Positions 26,777 through 36,291 of a DNA stretch of 64,000 nt are shown one piece after another. The DNA lies in IMG/VR virus record IMGVR_UViG_3300046513_000343, positions 13,778 to 77,777 of that record, one strand, 5' to 3'. The DNA is from a virus. Each line of letters starts with the position of its first letter. Within the stretch, counting starts at the first letter, position 1. The position numbers were made by a program, and so were the translations under genes. Below the pieces are notes generated by a model, which had not been told where the DNA came from, ran no database searches, and saw nothing but the letters and a program-made list of their open reading frames with translations.

Positions 26777-29622
26777 TGCGCACCGCCGTACAGCTGCACC
26801 AGCCGGTCGAAGAAGTCAGCCCCCAGCGCGGCGACGACATCGGCGGGCACGATGAAGTCACCCTGCGCCATGCCGAGTGGTTGAGCGCTGCTTGGCAGCG
26901 GCCCCTGCGCGCCGCCGCTCGGCTGGTGGAACTGCGCCACCAGCTTGTCGAAGAAGTCGCGCCCCAGCGCCGCCACGACAGCGGCCGGAATGTGGTACTC
27001 GCCGTTCGACACCGCCAGCGGCTGGCCATTGGCCTGCGCCGCAATCGAGTCGGAGGTGCCGCTGCCGGGTCCGGCGATCAGGCCGCCGTTGGCCAGCCGC
27101 CCGTTGTTGAAGGCCGACCCGGACAGCAGGTCGCGCGTCTGCGAATACGCCATCGCATCGTGCAGCGGGCTGTTGTTGAGCGCGTTCGGGGCCAGCCCCA
27201 GCGGAGCCAGGTTGTAGCTGGCCAGGTTGTCCGGCTCGCCCTCGGCGTTGGTGAACTCGCCGCCGCGTTGCAAGGTGTTGATGTAGTCGCCCTGGCTGTT
27301 GAACTGGGTCGGGTGGATCACCTGTTGCGCCGGGCGGGCCGCCCGCTGTTCGCTGGCCATGGCGGCATATTGCAAGTGTTGCCGCTGCTGGTCGGTCAGG
27401 CCGTCGTAGCCCACCATCTGCTCGATCAGGCCGCCGTCGGCGTAGGCTGCCTGCGCAATCGAGTCGGGGCGGGTGGTCTCGATGCCGTGCCGCTCGCCGA
27501 TGCCCGGCGTGGCCGGTCCGGCCGGGCGCAGGGTGGTCGATGGCGGCGGCAGCGGTGGTGCGCTGCCATCGCCCGGCGTGAACACCATGCCGGTACGCTT
27601 GTTGGTGACCTCCTTGATGCCGAGATTGGCGTCCGGTAGGCCCGGTTGCGGGAAATTCGGGTCCACACCCGGCGGTGTCGGTGGCGTGTAGCCCGCCGCC
27701 TTCATCAACACGTCGGCAATCGGCGCCACCGCAGGCACGGCGGCGATCACTTCCGCCGTCTGCATGGCCGAGAACTGCGCCTCGGTGCCCTGCTTGACTG
27801 CGTTGGCGTTCTGCACCTTGTCCTTGACGCCCATGGACGCGATCTCGGCGTCGATCTTGCGCACCGTGGCGTCGATGATCTTCGGGTCCATCTTGGCGTC
27901 CAGCGCCTGCTGCAGCTGGTCGATGGTGGCCTGCATCTGTTTCAGCTGCGGGTCCTCGTTCTGCATGTCGAAGAAGCGCGAACCGTCTTTGTAGCCGAGC
28001 TTGCCGAACAATTCCTTAATGACTTCCTCGACCTTCAGGCCGAGGCGCATCAGGGAACCGTCGGAGAGCATGTCGCGCAGCGCGGTCATGCCGCTAATGA
28101 ACTGTTTCACCTGGTCGGTCGGGTTGGTCGCGCCCATGCCGACATTCACATTCAGGGTGAACTCCTGCATCAGCATGTCGTCGGTGACTTGATCGACGCC
28201 GAACTTCTGCGCCAGCTGCGCCGCTTCGCCGCACAGGCCGACCAGCGTTTCGTCGGTCTCGTAGAACTGTTCCAGCAAGACGATCTGGCGCAGCACCGGC
28301 TCGACCCAGGTTTCCACGAACGTGCGCAGCTGGTAGCTGGACACCTGATTGGCGTTGGTGTCGAGCAGCTTCATGCCGCCCACGGTCTCGTTCAACTTCC
28401 TGTTCGACTGCACCGACGCCCCGCTGAACGCACCGGCCATGTCGTCGAAGTCCAGGTTCAGCACTTCCTGCTCCTTGTAGCTGGAGCCGGTGACGTCGTT
28501 GAACTCGACCACCTTGACGTCGTCTACGTCCTGCATCAGCGTCACCGAGCCCGGCACGTTGCGCGTGACGCTGCGGATATCCACTTGCTTGTTGCGCCGC
28601 GCGAAGTACCTTTTGTTCATCGCCAGCTTGACGTTGTCGATGCGCTGGTTGGCCACCTCGTTGATCTCGGCCTGCACGTCGCGCGTCAGGCGCGGCACCG
28701 AACTCGGGTAGGTCTTGTGCGTCTCGATGACGCACGAGCCGATCACGTAGGGCCGCTTGCCATGGAAGTAGCGCTGTTCCAGCGGCAGCGGCTCCGACAG
28801 CAGGTGTTCGCAGCCCAGCGTGTAGTACACGTAATCCGCGTCGTCCATGCTGACGATGTTCTTATGCACCCACACGATGTTGAAGGCGTTGTTGGCCTGC
28901 TGCTGGCTTTTGCTGTCCATGCGCTGGCCTTCGCGCTGCATGCGGATGGTGTCGCCGTAGCCCTTGGTGGCCGACAGGATGACCGCGTCCGGCAGCGTCT
29001 TCCACTTCGCCTCGCCGGTCTTCGGGTCCGGCGTGTTCATGCGCGCCTTGACTTCGCCCAGGTACATCGGGATCAGCTCGATCAGGTAGGGGCTGGTGCC
29101 GACCGGATCGGTCCAGCTCGCGCCTGGATCGAAGCGCAGGTTCTCGATGGGGATCAGGCGCACCTGCGGGCGGTCCAGCTTCTTCTTCTCGTTGTATTCC
29201 CAATACTGGTAGCTGGCCACCACGCCCACCGTCTGCGCGTCCTGATAGGCACCGACCAGCGTCAGGAACCACGGTATCGACTTGGTCAGGCGGTACTGCA
29301 GCAGCTCGGCCATGACGGCGGCACTGGCCTGCTGCAGCGGGTCGTTGTCGTTCTCGGCGGCGATCTGCACCACGTCCTGGGTGGCGAAGAAGGCCTCGGC
29401 GGCCACCGCCTCGTTCTTCCTGATGGTGGCGCGCGTCTTGGGGCGGAACAAACGACTACGGCTCTTGTCGGCCAGATACTTGGAGCCGACCGGGTGCTGC
29501 CCCTGCGACTGGCGCAAGTCGGCCTCGATCTGCTGACGGATCGAGGCGTCGAAGTAGCTGGTGGACGCGGTGTAGGCGTCGCGCGCCAGCGTCAGCCAGT
29601 CGGGAGCGGTGTTGGTCATCAT
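26773..29622 (-). CDS. Portal protein (P22-like podovirus type) with long C-terminal extension
   Basis: 949 aa from an ATGA overlap; RSRLFRPKTR, ENLRFDP, QAEINEVANQRIDNVKLAMN, LRTFVETWVEPVLR; located between terminase and scaffold. Confidence 0.85.
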   Translation of the reverse strand: MMTNTAPDWLTLARDAYTASTSYFDASIRQQIEADLRQSQGQHPVGSKYLADKSRSRLFRPKTRATIRKNEAVAAEAFFATQDVVQIAAENDNDPLQQASAAVMAELLQYRLTKSIPWFLTLVGAYQDAQTVGVVASYQYWEYNEKKKLDRPQVRLIPIENLRFDPGASWTDPVGTSPYLIELIPMYLGEVKARMNTPDPKTGEAKWKTLPDAVILSATKGYGDTIRMQREGQRMDSKSQQQANNAFNIVWVHKNIVSMDDADYVYYTLGCEHLLSEPLPLEQRYFHGKRPYVIGSCVIETHKTYPSSVPRLTRDVQAEINEVANQRIDNVKLAMNKRYFARRNKQVDIRSVTRNVPGSVTLMQDVDDVKVVEFNDVTGSSYKEQEVLNLDFDDMAGAFSGASVQSNRKLNETVGGMKLLDTNANQVSSYQLRTFVETWVEPVLRQIVLLEQFYETDETLVGLCGEAAQLAQKFGVDQVTDDMLMQEFTLNVNVGMGATNPTDQVKQFISGMTALRDMLSDGSLMRLGLKVEEVIKELFGKLGYKDGSRFFDMQNEDPQLKQMQATIDQLQQALDAKMDPKIIDATVRKIDAEIASMGVKDKVQNANAVKQGTEAQFSAMQTAEVIAAVPAVAPIADVLMKAAGYTPPTPPGVDPNFPQPGLPDANLGIKEVTNKRTGMVFTPGDGSAPPLPPPSTTLRPAGPATPGIGERHGIETTRPDSIAQAAYADGGLIEQMVGYDGLTDQQRQHLQYAAMASEQRAARPAQQVIHPTQFNSQGDYINTLQRGGEFTNAEGEPDNLASYNLAPLGLAPNALNNSPLHDAMAYSQTRDLLSGSAFNNGRLANGGLIAGPGSGTSDSIAAQANGQPLAVSNGEYHIPAAVVAALGRDFFDKLVAQFHQPSGGAQGPLPSSAQPLGMAQGDFIVPADVVAALGADFFDRLVQLYGGAQ

Positions 29623-29975
29623 GTGTCGAATGTGAATTCGCCCTTGAAATCGGTTTTCAGGTCGGCGTACTGCTGTTCGTTGAAGCGGCCAGCCTGCAGG
29701 CGGTAGCGCTCCAGCAGCTCGCCCCCGGCGCGGATCACGTCGGCCTTGAAGGCACTGGCGCTGTAGATATCGGGAATCTTGATGACAAAGCCCATGTTCC
29801 CCGACAGCAGCAGGTTGCGGATGATGCACAGCCCCGTCTTCGAGTCCGCCGACACCGCCCACAAGTGCGGCGCGGGGTAGTGCGCCACCAGCGCATCGGC
29901 CATGGTCTTGGCCATCAGGTGGTCATTTGCCGTGGTGACGGCGGTCTCGTCCAGGCCGTTGAGCAGTCGTGTCAT
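29619..29975 (-). CDS. Hypothetical protein
   Basis: 118 aa; coupled to the portal start; HYPAPHLWAV..AGGELLERY. Confidence 0.7.
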   Translation of the reverse strand: MTRLLNGLDETAVTTANDHLMAKTMADALVAHYPAPHLWAVSADSKTGLCIIRNLLLSGNMGFVIKIPDIYSASAFKADVIRAGGELLERYRLQAGRFNEQQYADLKTDFKGEFTFDT

Positions 29976-29981
29976 AGGTTC

Positions 29982-30167
29982 TCAGTCGTCGTACTGGTCT
30001 GGTTCGGTCTCGGATTGGATCAAGCGCGCTTTCTCGCTCTCCGACAGCCACTGGTATTGCACCCAGCTGTAGTAGTGGCGGATCGCTTCCGGCAGCGCGT
30101 CGTACTCGGCGCGTGCCTGATCGCGCTGTTCGTCCATGGCCTCCTGGCGGGTGCGCGGGAAACTCAT
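29982..30167 (-). CDS. Hypothetical protein
   Basis: MSFPRTRQ; ATGA overlap. Confidence 0.55.
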   Translation of the reverse strand: MSFPRTRQEAMDEQRDQARAEYDALPEAIRHYYSWVQYQWLSESEKARLIQSETEPDQYDD

Positions 30168-30400
30168 GGCGTGCCTGCGTCGGCGGCTACGTCGCCGATG
30201 AAGCGGAACGACTCGATGGTCCCGATCTCGCCGCGCAGCGGTTCCAGGCTGGGCAGATTGGCATCGGCGCGCTGGGCGTAGCGCTGGCGGCTGCGTAGCA
30301 TCAGGTACTGGCCGCGCGGCGTCATGTCGAACAGGTCGGCACCGCGCCAGCAGCGGCGCGATATCTGCCAAGTCAGGTAGGGCATGGGCGGCTCCTTCAA
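30164..30400 (-). CDS. Hypothetical protein
   Basis: Tightly packed in the operon; start may instead be the ATG at 30385 after AAGGAG. Confidence 0.5.
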   Translation of the reverse strand: MKEPPMPYLTWQISRRCWRGADLFDMTPRGQYLMLRSRQRYAQRADANLPSLEPLRGEIGTIESFRFIGDVAADAGTP

Positions 30401-30579
30401 GGTGGCGGTGGGTCGTCGTCCAGCGGGCGCGGGTCGTACAGCGAGTTGTCGGTGCGCGTGCGTCCGTTGCTGAAGGTGTAGGTGCCGCCCGGCGAGGGCG
30501 TGTTCGCTTCCGGGTCGGCCAGTCCGACTTCGTTGCTCCAGAGCTGGGTGGTGAAGCTGGGGATGGTCGGATCAGGCAT
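30397..30579 (-). CDS. Hypothetical protein
   Basis: AAGGAGG RBS before MPDPTIP. Confidence 0.55.
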   Translation of the reverse strand: MPDPTIPSFTTQLWSNEVGLADPEANTPSPGGTYTFSNGRTRTDNSLYDPRPLDDDPPPP

Positions 30580-30580
30580 G

Positions 30581-30850
30581 TCAGCCTCCTTTAAAGCCGC
30601 GCCCCTGGTGCTTGCTCGACGCGGGCACATGGTTGTTGGCGGCGTTGTGGGTATCGGTGCGCACCACCCCGCGCGGCGTGGCCACGCTGGGCACCAGACG
30701 CTGGCTGGCGGCCACCGGCGGGCGCGCCATCGGCGAGGGCGCGGGCATGGGCGCTGGCGGTGGCGGTGCGGACTGGACCGGCAGCGGTGGCGGCGGGCCT
30801 TGAACTGGCATGGGCGGCAGGGGCGCTTTCAACTTGGACATGGCGGGCAT
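30581..30850 (-). CDS. Pro-rich hypothetical protein
   Basis: 89 aa; fills the operon gap. Confidence 0.5.
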   Translation of the reverse strand: MPAMSKLKAPLPPMPVQGPPPPLPVQSAPPPPAPMPAPSPMARPPVAASQRLVPSVATPRGVVRTDTHNAANNHVPASSKHQGRGFKGG

Positions 30851-30856
30851 CCTCGG

Positions 30857-31123
30857 TTATAGGTACTGCACTTCATTGCGGCAGGTAATGAGCCGGGGCG
30901 CGCTGGCCTGCACGGTGAACACCAGCTCGATGCCGTGGAACTGTCCGTGCAGGCCGTGCGCGATCTGGTCCTGATAGAAACGTGGTTCGCTGTACAGGTC
31001 CGGCTTGAGCGCCGGGTGCAGCTCGAAGCGGCGCGGCTTGCGGCCCTGGTAGGTCTTGATGTGCTGGTGCAGTGCGTGTTCGAGCATGTGCGTCAGACCG
31101 CACGCCAGTTCTGGTAGTTCCAT
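30857..31123 (-). CDS. Hypothetical protein
   Basis: GGAG RBS before MELPELAC. Confidence 0.55.
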   Translation of the reverse strand: MELPELACGLTHMLEHALHQHIKTYQGRKPRRFELHPALKPDLYSEPRFYQDQIAHGLHGQFHGIELVFTVQASAPRLITCRNEVQYL

Positions 31124-31203
31124 GCGGGGTTTCTCCGACAAAGCCCCGATCCGGCTTGCATAGCGGGCCGTGGTGGCGTTTAAACGGGGACGCCGGTAGG
31201 TTG

Positions 31204-31353
31204 CTACCAGCAGAAACAGGGGTTGAAGGAGCGCACCAGCCAGACCACCGTGGCCAGCATTGCGCCGACGATCAAGAGCCACAGCAGCGTGGCGACGACG
31301 TAGACCATGGGGCTGGGCCGGGACGAGTGCGGGCGGTAGTGGGGCAGCGGCAT
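31204..31353 (-). CDS. 49-aa single-pass membrane protein
   Basis: Below the ORF-track cutoff; AGGAGG RBS; MVYVVATLLWLLIVGAMLATVVWLV hydrophobic segment. Confidence 0.55.
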   Translation of the reverse strand: MPLPHYRPHSSRPSPMVYVVATLLWLLIVGAMLATVVWLVRSFNPCFCW

Positions 31354-31379
31354 ACGGTCCTCCTGTCGGTTGGCTGTGC

Positions 31380-32996
31380 TCACATGCCGTCGGCGTAGGT
31401 TTCCGGCTCCAGCATGCGTTCGTCGATGATCTGCGGCGGCACCGGCTCCATGTCGTACAGGCGGCTGGCGGCGTCGATCAGGTCCTTCTTGGCGCTGAAC
31501 GGGTAGGTCAGGAATTCTTCGAGAAAACCCTTGTTCAGGCTGTACACATTGCCCTCGTGGTCGCGGCGCTGCACCGGCTTGAAGATGCGGAACGGCTGGC
31601 CCTGCTCGCGGATGCGGCGCTGGTTGGCGGTCTCGGTGGGCGTCACGGTGGCCAGGAAGAACTTGTGCCCCATGAAGTCGGGCTGCAACCTCTGCACGCG
31701 GTCGTCCTTGGCCTGCGCGCCGTCGGAAGTCCAGTTCAGTTCCTCGATGGCAAACGCATCCTTGTCGCGCACCATTTGTTCCTCGAAATACTCAAGGTCG
31801 GCCTGCATGCCATAGCGCTCGTAGCCGACCTTGACCATTTGCACGCCCGGTTGTGCCAGCCACACGCGGCGCAGGCCGCGCAGGGCCTCCCAGCGCTCGC
31901 GCAGGCCCATCTTGTGGCGGTAGCCGTCCAACAGATATTTGTTGTTGCCCGCGTCGACGCCGATCACCGCCATGGCCGTGTTGTCCGACCCCTTCTTTTT
32001 GCTGTGGGCCGGGTCAACCATGATGTACACGTTGAGCGTGGCGGGCCGCACATCGATGAACGACAGCCACTCCTTGCGGAACATCGCCTCGTTGCCCGCC
32101 GCCGGGTTCTGCAATTGCTGGCAGGCGATGGTGGCCGGACCCTGCACCAGCTTCTTGGCAGCCCACGCCTCGGCGGTCAGGAACACCGGCACGCCGTCCG
32201 GCATGCCGTTGGCGGTGGCCGGGAAGATGCGCGCCTTCAATGCGCCGCGCTCCAGGATGGCGTTGTAGCTGTCGGCAAAGCTGTAGCGGGTCCCAAAATG
32301 CCATGCGCGCGTGTTGCCGTTCTCACCGCGCGCGCCCAGGTTGTCGGACAGCTCCCATGCGCTGGTGGTCTTGCTGACCTGATCCGGCGTGCTGACCGAC
32401 TCGCGCGTGACGACGTCGTCATACACGCGCAGCATGAAGTGCGCGCCGGTCGGCTGACCATCGACTAGGCCGTGCGCCTCGACTGACGCCTCTTTGGGGT
32501 TGGACTTGCGGCGCACCACAATGCCCTTTTCCTCGCTCCACTTGCTGCTCTCGTTGCGCGGGTCGGCGTACAGCACGTCCGGGTAGGTCTGCTGCAGCTC
32601 GCGGTTCGCTTCCAACTCCTGTTTGATCTGCAGCAGGAATTTACGGGCAACGGGCTTGGTATGGCTGAAAATGCCGATGGTGCACTCGGGGTCGATCAGC
32701 AGTTCCTGGATGATCCCGGCGAAACTGCCCAGGGTGCTCTTGTAATGCTCGCGCGCCCATAGGTCCAGGTGCCCATCCGGGGCCGCCTCCAGTTCGCGGC
32801 AGCGCGCGTACAGCCACGGATGCACCGCATCGAGCCGGTGCAGCAGGCGCACCAGCAGATAGAAACGGTCATTGCGGCCCAGCCAGGCCTTGCCCGGCAG
32901 GCCGTATTGGCGTTCGATGACCTGCCATAGGTCGGCAATGCAGTCAAACGGCGCACTCTGCAGCGCCACCCTTACATCACTCGGTAGCGTCAGCAT
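31380..32996 (-). CDS. terL: Terminase large subunit
   Basis: Walker A-like REHYKST, TGAHF..YDDVV, GTRY, nuclease IMVDPA..SDNTA..DLIDA. Confidence 0.9.
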   Translation of the reverse strand: MLTLPSDVRVALQSAPFDCIADLWQVIERQYGLPGKAWLGRNDRFYLLVRLLHRLDAVHPWLYARCRELEAAPDGHLDLWAREHYKSTLGSFAGIIQELLIDPECTIGIFSHTKPVARKFLLQIKQELEANRELQQTYPDVLYADPRNESSKWSEEKGIVVRRKSNPKEASVEAHGLVDGQPTGAHFMLRVYDDVVTRESVSTPDQVSKTTSAWELSDNLGARGENGNTRAWHFGTRYSFADSYNAILERGALKARIFPATANGMPDGVPVFLTAEAWAAKKLVQGPATIACQQLQNPAAGNEAMFRKEWLSFIDVRPATLNVYIMVDPAHSKKKGSDNTAMAVIGVDAGNNKYLLDGYRHKMGLRERWEALRGLRRVWLAQPGVQMVKVGYERYGMQADLEYFEEQMVRDKDAFAIEELNWTSDGAQAKDDRVQRLQPDFMGHKFFLATVTPTETANQRRIREQGQPFRIFKPVQRRDHEGNVYSLNKGFLEEFLTYPFSAKKDLIDAASRLYDMEPVPPQIIDERMLEPETYADGM

Positions 32997-33540
32997 CGCC
33001 GCCAGCGGGCTGTTCTAGGCGGCGCTTGAAGGCGGCGCGCAGCTCGGCGAAGCCGTCGCCGATATCCACCGACACGGACGCCTCGGGCGGCTCGTCGGCG
33101 TCCAGCGAACGTACTTTACGGATGGTCTCGACGGCGATCTTGTTCGATTCGACAATCAGCTTGACGTCCTTGGGGTGGTCCACCTGTGAGCACATGGCCA
33201 GCAGGGTGGCCATGCAGCGGCGTGCCACGGTCAGGCCCATGTTCATGTCGGCTACGTCCTGGCTGGCCGCGTCCAGGCGTAGCTGACGAACTGCGTCATC
33301 AGTGAAGGCGTTCGTCATGTCCTCGCCAAGTGGGACGCCTGCCATGGCCTCACGCACCATGCCGCGCTTGACCTCGGCGTTGCCCTTGACCCAGCCGTGC
33401 CGCTTGGCGTGACGGCGCAATGTCGCTTCCGGGATGCCGTACTTGTTGGCCAGGGCATTCACGCTCCAGCCGCCCGCCATGAAATCCAGCTCGGCGGCGG
33501 CGAAGTCGTACTGCGCTGGCGGCGTGCTGTTCGCTGCCAT
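32977..33540 (-). CDS. terS: Terminase small subunit
   Basis: N-terminal HTH (SVNALANKYGIPEATLRRHAKRHGW); overlaps the terL start. Confidence 0.75.
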   Translation of the reverse strand: MAANSTPPAQYDFAAAELDFMAGGWSVNALANKYGIPEATLRRHAKRHGWVKGNAEVKRGMVREAMAGVPLGEDMTNAFTDDAVRQLRLDAASQDVADMNMGLTVARRCMATLLAMCSQVDHPKDVKLIVESNKIAVETIRKVRSLDADEPPEASVSVDIGDGFAELRAAFKRRLEQPAGGDADATE

Positions 33541-33550
33541 GATTTGGTCC

Positions 33551-33578
33551 TTGAATATGTAGCACTATGCTATATAGT
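33551..33578 (+). promoter_or_regulatory. Sigma70-like promoter of the early plus-strand block
   Basis: TTGAAT-16-TATAGT in an AT-rich gap, overlapping the inverted repeat CACTAT..ATAGTG. Confidence 0.55.
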
Positions 33579-33625
33579 GAATGAACGGGCAATTGCGCCC
33601 GCGCCCCGCTATGCCACTGGAGACT

Positions 33626-34480
33626 ATGATGACTACCACCGCTCTGAGCAACGACCAGCTGATGAAGTACGCCCCTTCCATCTTCGCCACGTCGGCGTGG
33701 AACGGCGTGTCGGACCGCTACGCTTTCATCCCCACCATCGAGGTTGTCGAAGGCCTGCGCCGCGAGGGATTCATGCCGGTGCGCGCCCAGCAAAGCGCCT
33801 GCCGCGTCGAGGGCAAGGAGGCCTACACCAAGCACATGATCCGCTTCCAGCGCGCGCAGGACATGGTCGACCGGCAGGCCGTCAACCCCGGCCACCACTT
33901 CTATGCGCAGCATGGCGAGCTGGAACCGGAAATCCCCGAGATCGTGCTGGTCAACTCGCACGACCGCTCCAGCGGCTACCAGCTTGAAGCGGGCCTGTTC
34001 CGCCTGAAATGCTCCAACGGCCTGACGGTCAAGTCGTCCGACCTGGGTTCGATCAGCGTGCGCCATTCCGGCAACGTATCGGACATGGTCATCGATGGCT
34101 GCTGCCGCATCATCGAGAGCATGCCCAAGGTGCTGGAGCATGTGGACACCATGAAGCGCATCCAGCTCGACCCGCGCGAGCAGGCCATCTTCGCCGCTGC
34201 CGCCGTGCAGCTGCGCTACCCCAATGACGAGGACGGCAAGTACACCGCCCCCTTCCAGCCCGCCGACTTGCTGGTCCCGCGCCGCCGCGACGACGCCCTG
34301 CCCGACCTGTGGACCACCTTCAACACCGTGCAAGAGAACTTCATGAAGGGCGGTCTGCGCGGGCGCGGCACCACCGGCAAGCGCATGCACACCCGCGCGG
34401 TGAACTCGGTCAATGAGGATTTGCGCCTGAATAAAGCGTTGTGGGTGCTGGCCGAACAGATGGCAGTCTTGAAGGCCTGA
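33626..34480 (+). CDS. DUF932/DUF945 family protein
   Basis: APSIFA..SDRYAFIPT..LRREGF..TKHMIRF..LVNSHDRSSGYQL.AGLFRLKCSNG..LNKALW. Confidence 0.85.
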   Translation: MMTTTALSNDQLMKYAPSIFATSAWNGVSDRYAFIPTIEVVEGLRREGFMPVRAQQSACRVEGKEAYTKHMIRFQRAQDMVDRQAVNPGHHFYAQHGELEPEIPEIVLVNSHDRSSGYQLEAGLFRLKCSNGLTVKSSDLGSISVRHSGNVSDMVIDGCCRIIESMPKVLEHVDTMKRIQLDPREQAIFAAAAVQLRYPNDEDGKYTAPFQPADLLVPRRRDDALPDLWTTFNTVQENFMKGGLRGRGTTGKRMHTRAVNSVNEDLRLNKALWVLAEQMAVLKA

Positions 34481-34557
34481 GCCAGCACGGACCGGGGCAT
34501 GCCGCCCCGGTTCGTCACCTCGTCACCCATTCTCGTCACTTACACAAGGAGTTCGTC

Positions 34558-34920
34558 ATGACACATCAAGTTAGGCTGGAAAAGAGCAAGCATCGCGGCT
34601 GGCAGGCCACCACCGATGTAGCGCTGGAGGGCACTCGCGTGCTGCAGATTCAAACCAGCAAGCGCGAATCGAATGGCCGTGCTGCTGGCGTCAGCGCCTT
34701 TGCGTCCGTCCACAAGGTCGAACGCGGCTTCCTGACGTTTGAGCTGTTCGGCGACTACAGCAAGACCGTGGCACTGGACGCCAACGCGCGCAGCACTGAG
34801 AAAACGGTAGCACTGGTGCACGCGCAGGCGCTGGGCCAGCTCGATGCCATCCTGGCTGAGGTCAAGGCATACTACGCGGCCAAGGACGCCAAGGAGGCCC
34901 AGCGGGCGCATGCGGCCTAA
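34558..34920 (+). CDS. Hypothetical early protein
   Basis: AAGGAG RBS; MTHQVRLEK. Confidence 0.7.
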   Translation: MTHQVRLEKSKHRGWQATTDVALEGTRVLQIQTSKRESNGRAAGVSAFASVHKVERGFLTFELFGDYSKTVALDANARSTEKTVALVHAQALGQLDAILAEVKAYYAAKDAKEAQRAHAA

Positions 34921-34921
34921 T

Positions 34922-35001
34922 GCCAGTGTCAGCGCCTCTCGCGGGGCGCTCACGCGGGCACTATCCCGATCCACCAACCACCCACCAAGGAGAACACCAT
35001 G
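34922..35001 (+). repeat. Intergenic hairpin leader, copy 1
   Basis: GCCAGTGTCAGCGCCTC-tcgc-GGGGCGCTCACGCGGGcactaTCCCGAT..CACCCACCAAGGA. Confidence 0.8.
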
Positions 35002-35772
35002 ACTGCCCCACTGACCACCATCGATGGCTACAACGTCATCGCGCTGGGCGAGCCGCCCGAATTCTATGTCGAGACCACCATCGACGGATGGCGCTACATC
35101 GCCTCACTGGCTTCCCTGAACACCACCTGTGAGCTGGTATGCGCCTCCAGCGGGCTGGACCCTGACCGCATCCATCAAGTTCCCCTCTCCGCCATTGAAC
35201 ACATTGACGCCTGGGTCAATGAGAACGGCGAGGACCCGGACGACGACGACGACGCCTGCGACAACCAGTTCGGCCTGTTCTGCCCGCAGTGCGGGGCCAG
35301 CGACCAGCTTGACATCACCGCCACCGTCAAGGTGCGCCTGACTGCGGACGGCACCGACGAGGACCAAGCGCACAACGGCGGCACCGGCCACGAATGGCAC
35401 GACGAATCGCCCTGCACCTGCCTCGCTTGCGACTATGACGGCACCGTGGCCGAGTTTGAACCGGCCTATCAGGCGGAAAAGAAGGCGATTCAGGACCGTC
35501 TGCTCCACCCCGCCAACCTCGCCAAGCTGCCACCGCAGGCGTTCGTTGAGAACACCGGATTGTGCACTGGCCCGCATGGCATCCCGCCTGTCATCAGCGT
35601 GACACGCGGCGAAACGGGCTACAACCCGATCTACACCAATATGACCGCCGCTGCGTTGAACGAGGCCAGCGGCGTCACCCCAGCACAAGCCAGAGCCATG
35701 TTCAACGGCTCGCTGTTCGGCTGGGGCACGCCCGGTGCCGATCCTGACAACCCGATCAACCAGAAGGACTGA
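34999..35772 (+). CDS. Hypothetical early protein with two CxxC pairs
   Basis: AAGGAG RBS; CPQC, CLAC; C-terminal GVTPAQARAMFNGSLFGWGTPGADP. Confidence 0.75.
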   Translation: MTAPLTTIDGYNVIALGEPPEFYVETTIDGWRYIASLASLNTTCELVCASSGLDPDRIHQVPLSAIEHIDAWVNENGEDPDDDDDACDNQFGLFCPQCGASDQLDITATVKVRLTADGTDEDQAHNGGTGHEWHDESPCTCLACDYDGTVAEFEPAYQAEKKAIQDRLLHPANLAKLPPQAFVENTGLCTGPHGIPPVISVTRGETGYNPIYTNMTAAALNEASGVTPAQARAMFNGSLFGWGTPGADPDNPINQKD

Positions 35773-35851
35773 GCCAGTGTCAGCGCCTCCTGACGGGGCG
35801 CTGACGCGGGAGCTGTCCCGATGCCACTCACCCACCAAGGAACCGCACATG
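35773..35851 (+). repeat. Intergenic hairpin leader, copy 2
   Basis: GCCAGTGTCAGCGCCTCC-tgac-GGGGCGCTGACGCGGGAgctgTCCCGAT..CACCCACCAAGGA. Confidence 0.8.
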
Positions 35852-36289
35852 AACCAGACTGACGACAAACCGGCGCTGTACGCGCTCACCCCGCAGCAGC
35901 ACGCCACCGTGCTGATCGCGCTCGGCCACTATCAAGGCATGGTCGCCTCCATGGCACTGGCCAATACGCCCGACAAGCGCCCGGTCAACACCGCCCATGG
36001 CAGCGTGGTGCCGTTGTTCGCCCCGACCAGCGTCAACGACTTGTATGCTTCGCTGAACCATACCGGCCTCGATTTCAGCGCCGTGGTGCCGCTGTTCGGC
36101 GAGGACGAGAGCGACCCCTACGTCGCCGCCGCGCTCGGCCATGCGAGCGAAGGTGAACTGGAGGTCGATGTCCCCGCCGTGGTCTCGCGTGGCGACGATC
36201 CGGGGGCCTATGTCATGGCCTGGATTTGGATCACTGACGAGGAAGCCGGGGTATCACCCGCCGATGTCACCAATGACCAAGGAGCTTGA
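35849..36289 (+). CDS. Hypothetical early protein
   Basis: AAGGA RBS; GELEVD..VVSRGDDPGAYVMAWIWI. Confidence 0.7.
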   Translation: MNQTDDKPALYALTPQQHATVLIALGHYQGMVASMALANTPDKRPVNTAHGSVVPLFAPTSVNDLYASLNHTGLDFSAVVPLFGEDESDPYVAAALGHASEGELEVDVPAVVSRGDDPGAYVMAWIWITDEEAGVSPADVTNDQGA

Positions 36290-36291
36290 CC

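Noticed and set aside
27646-29706. 686-aa plus-strand ORF
   Set aside because: Shadow of the portal gene.
31204-31353. Small membrane protein as a holin or lysis cassette
   Set aside because: No endolysin or spanin recognised nearby; lysis genes probably lie outside the window.
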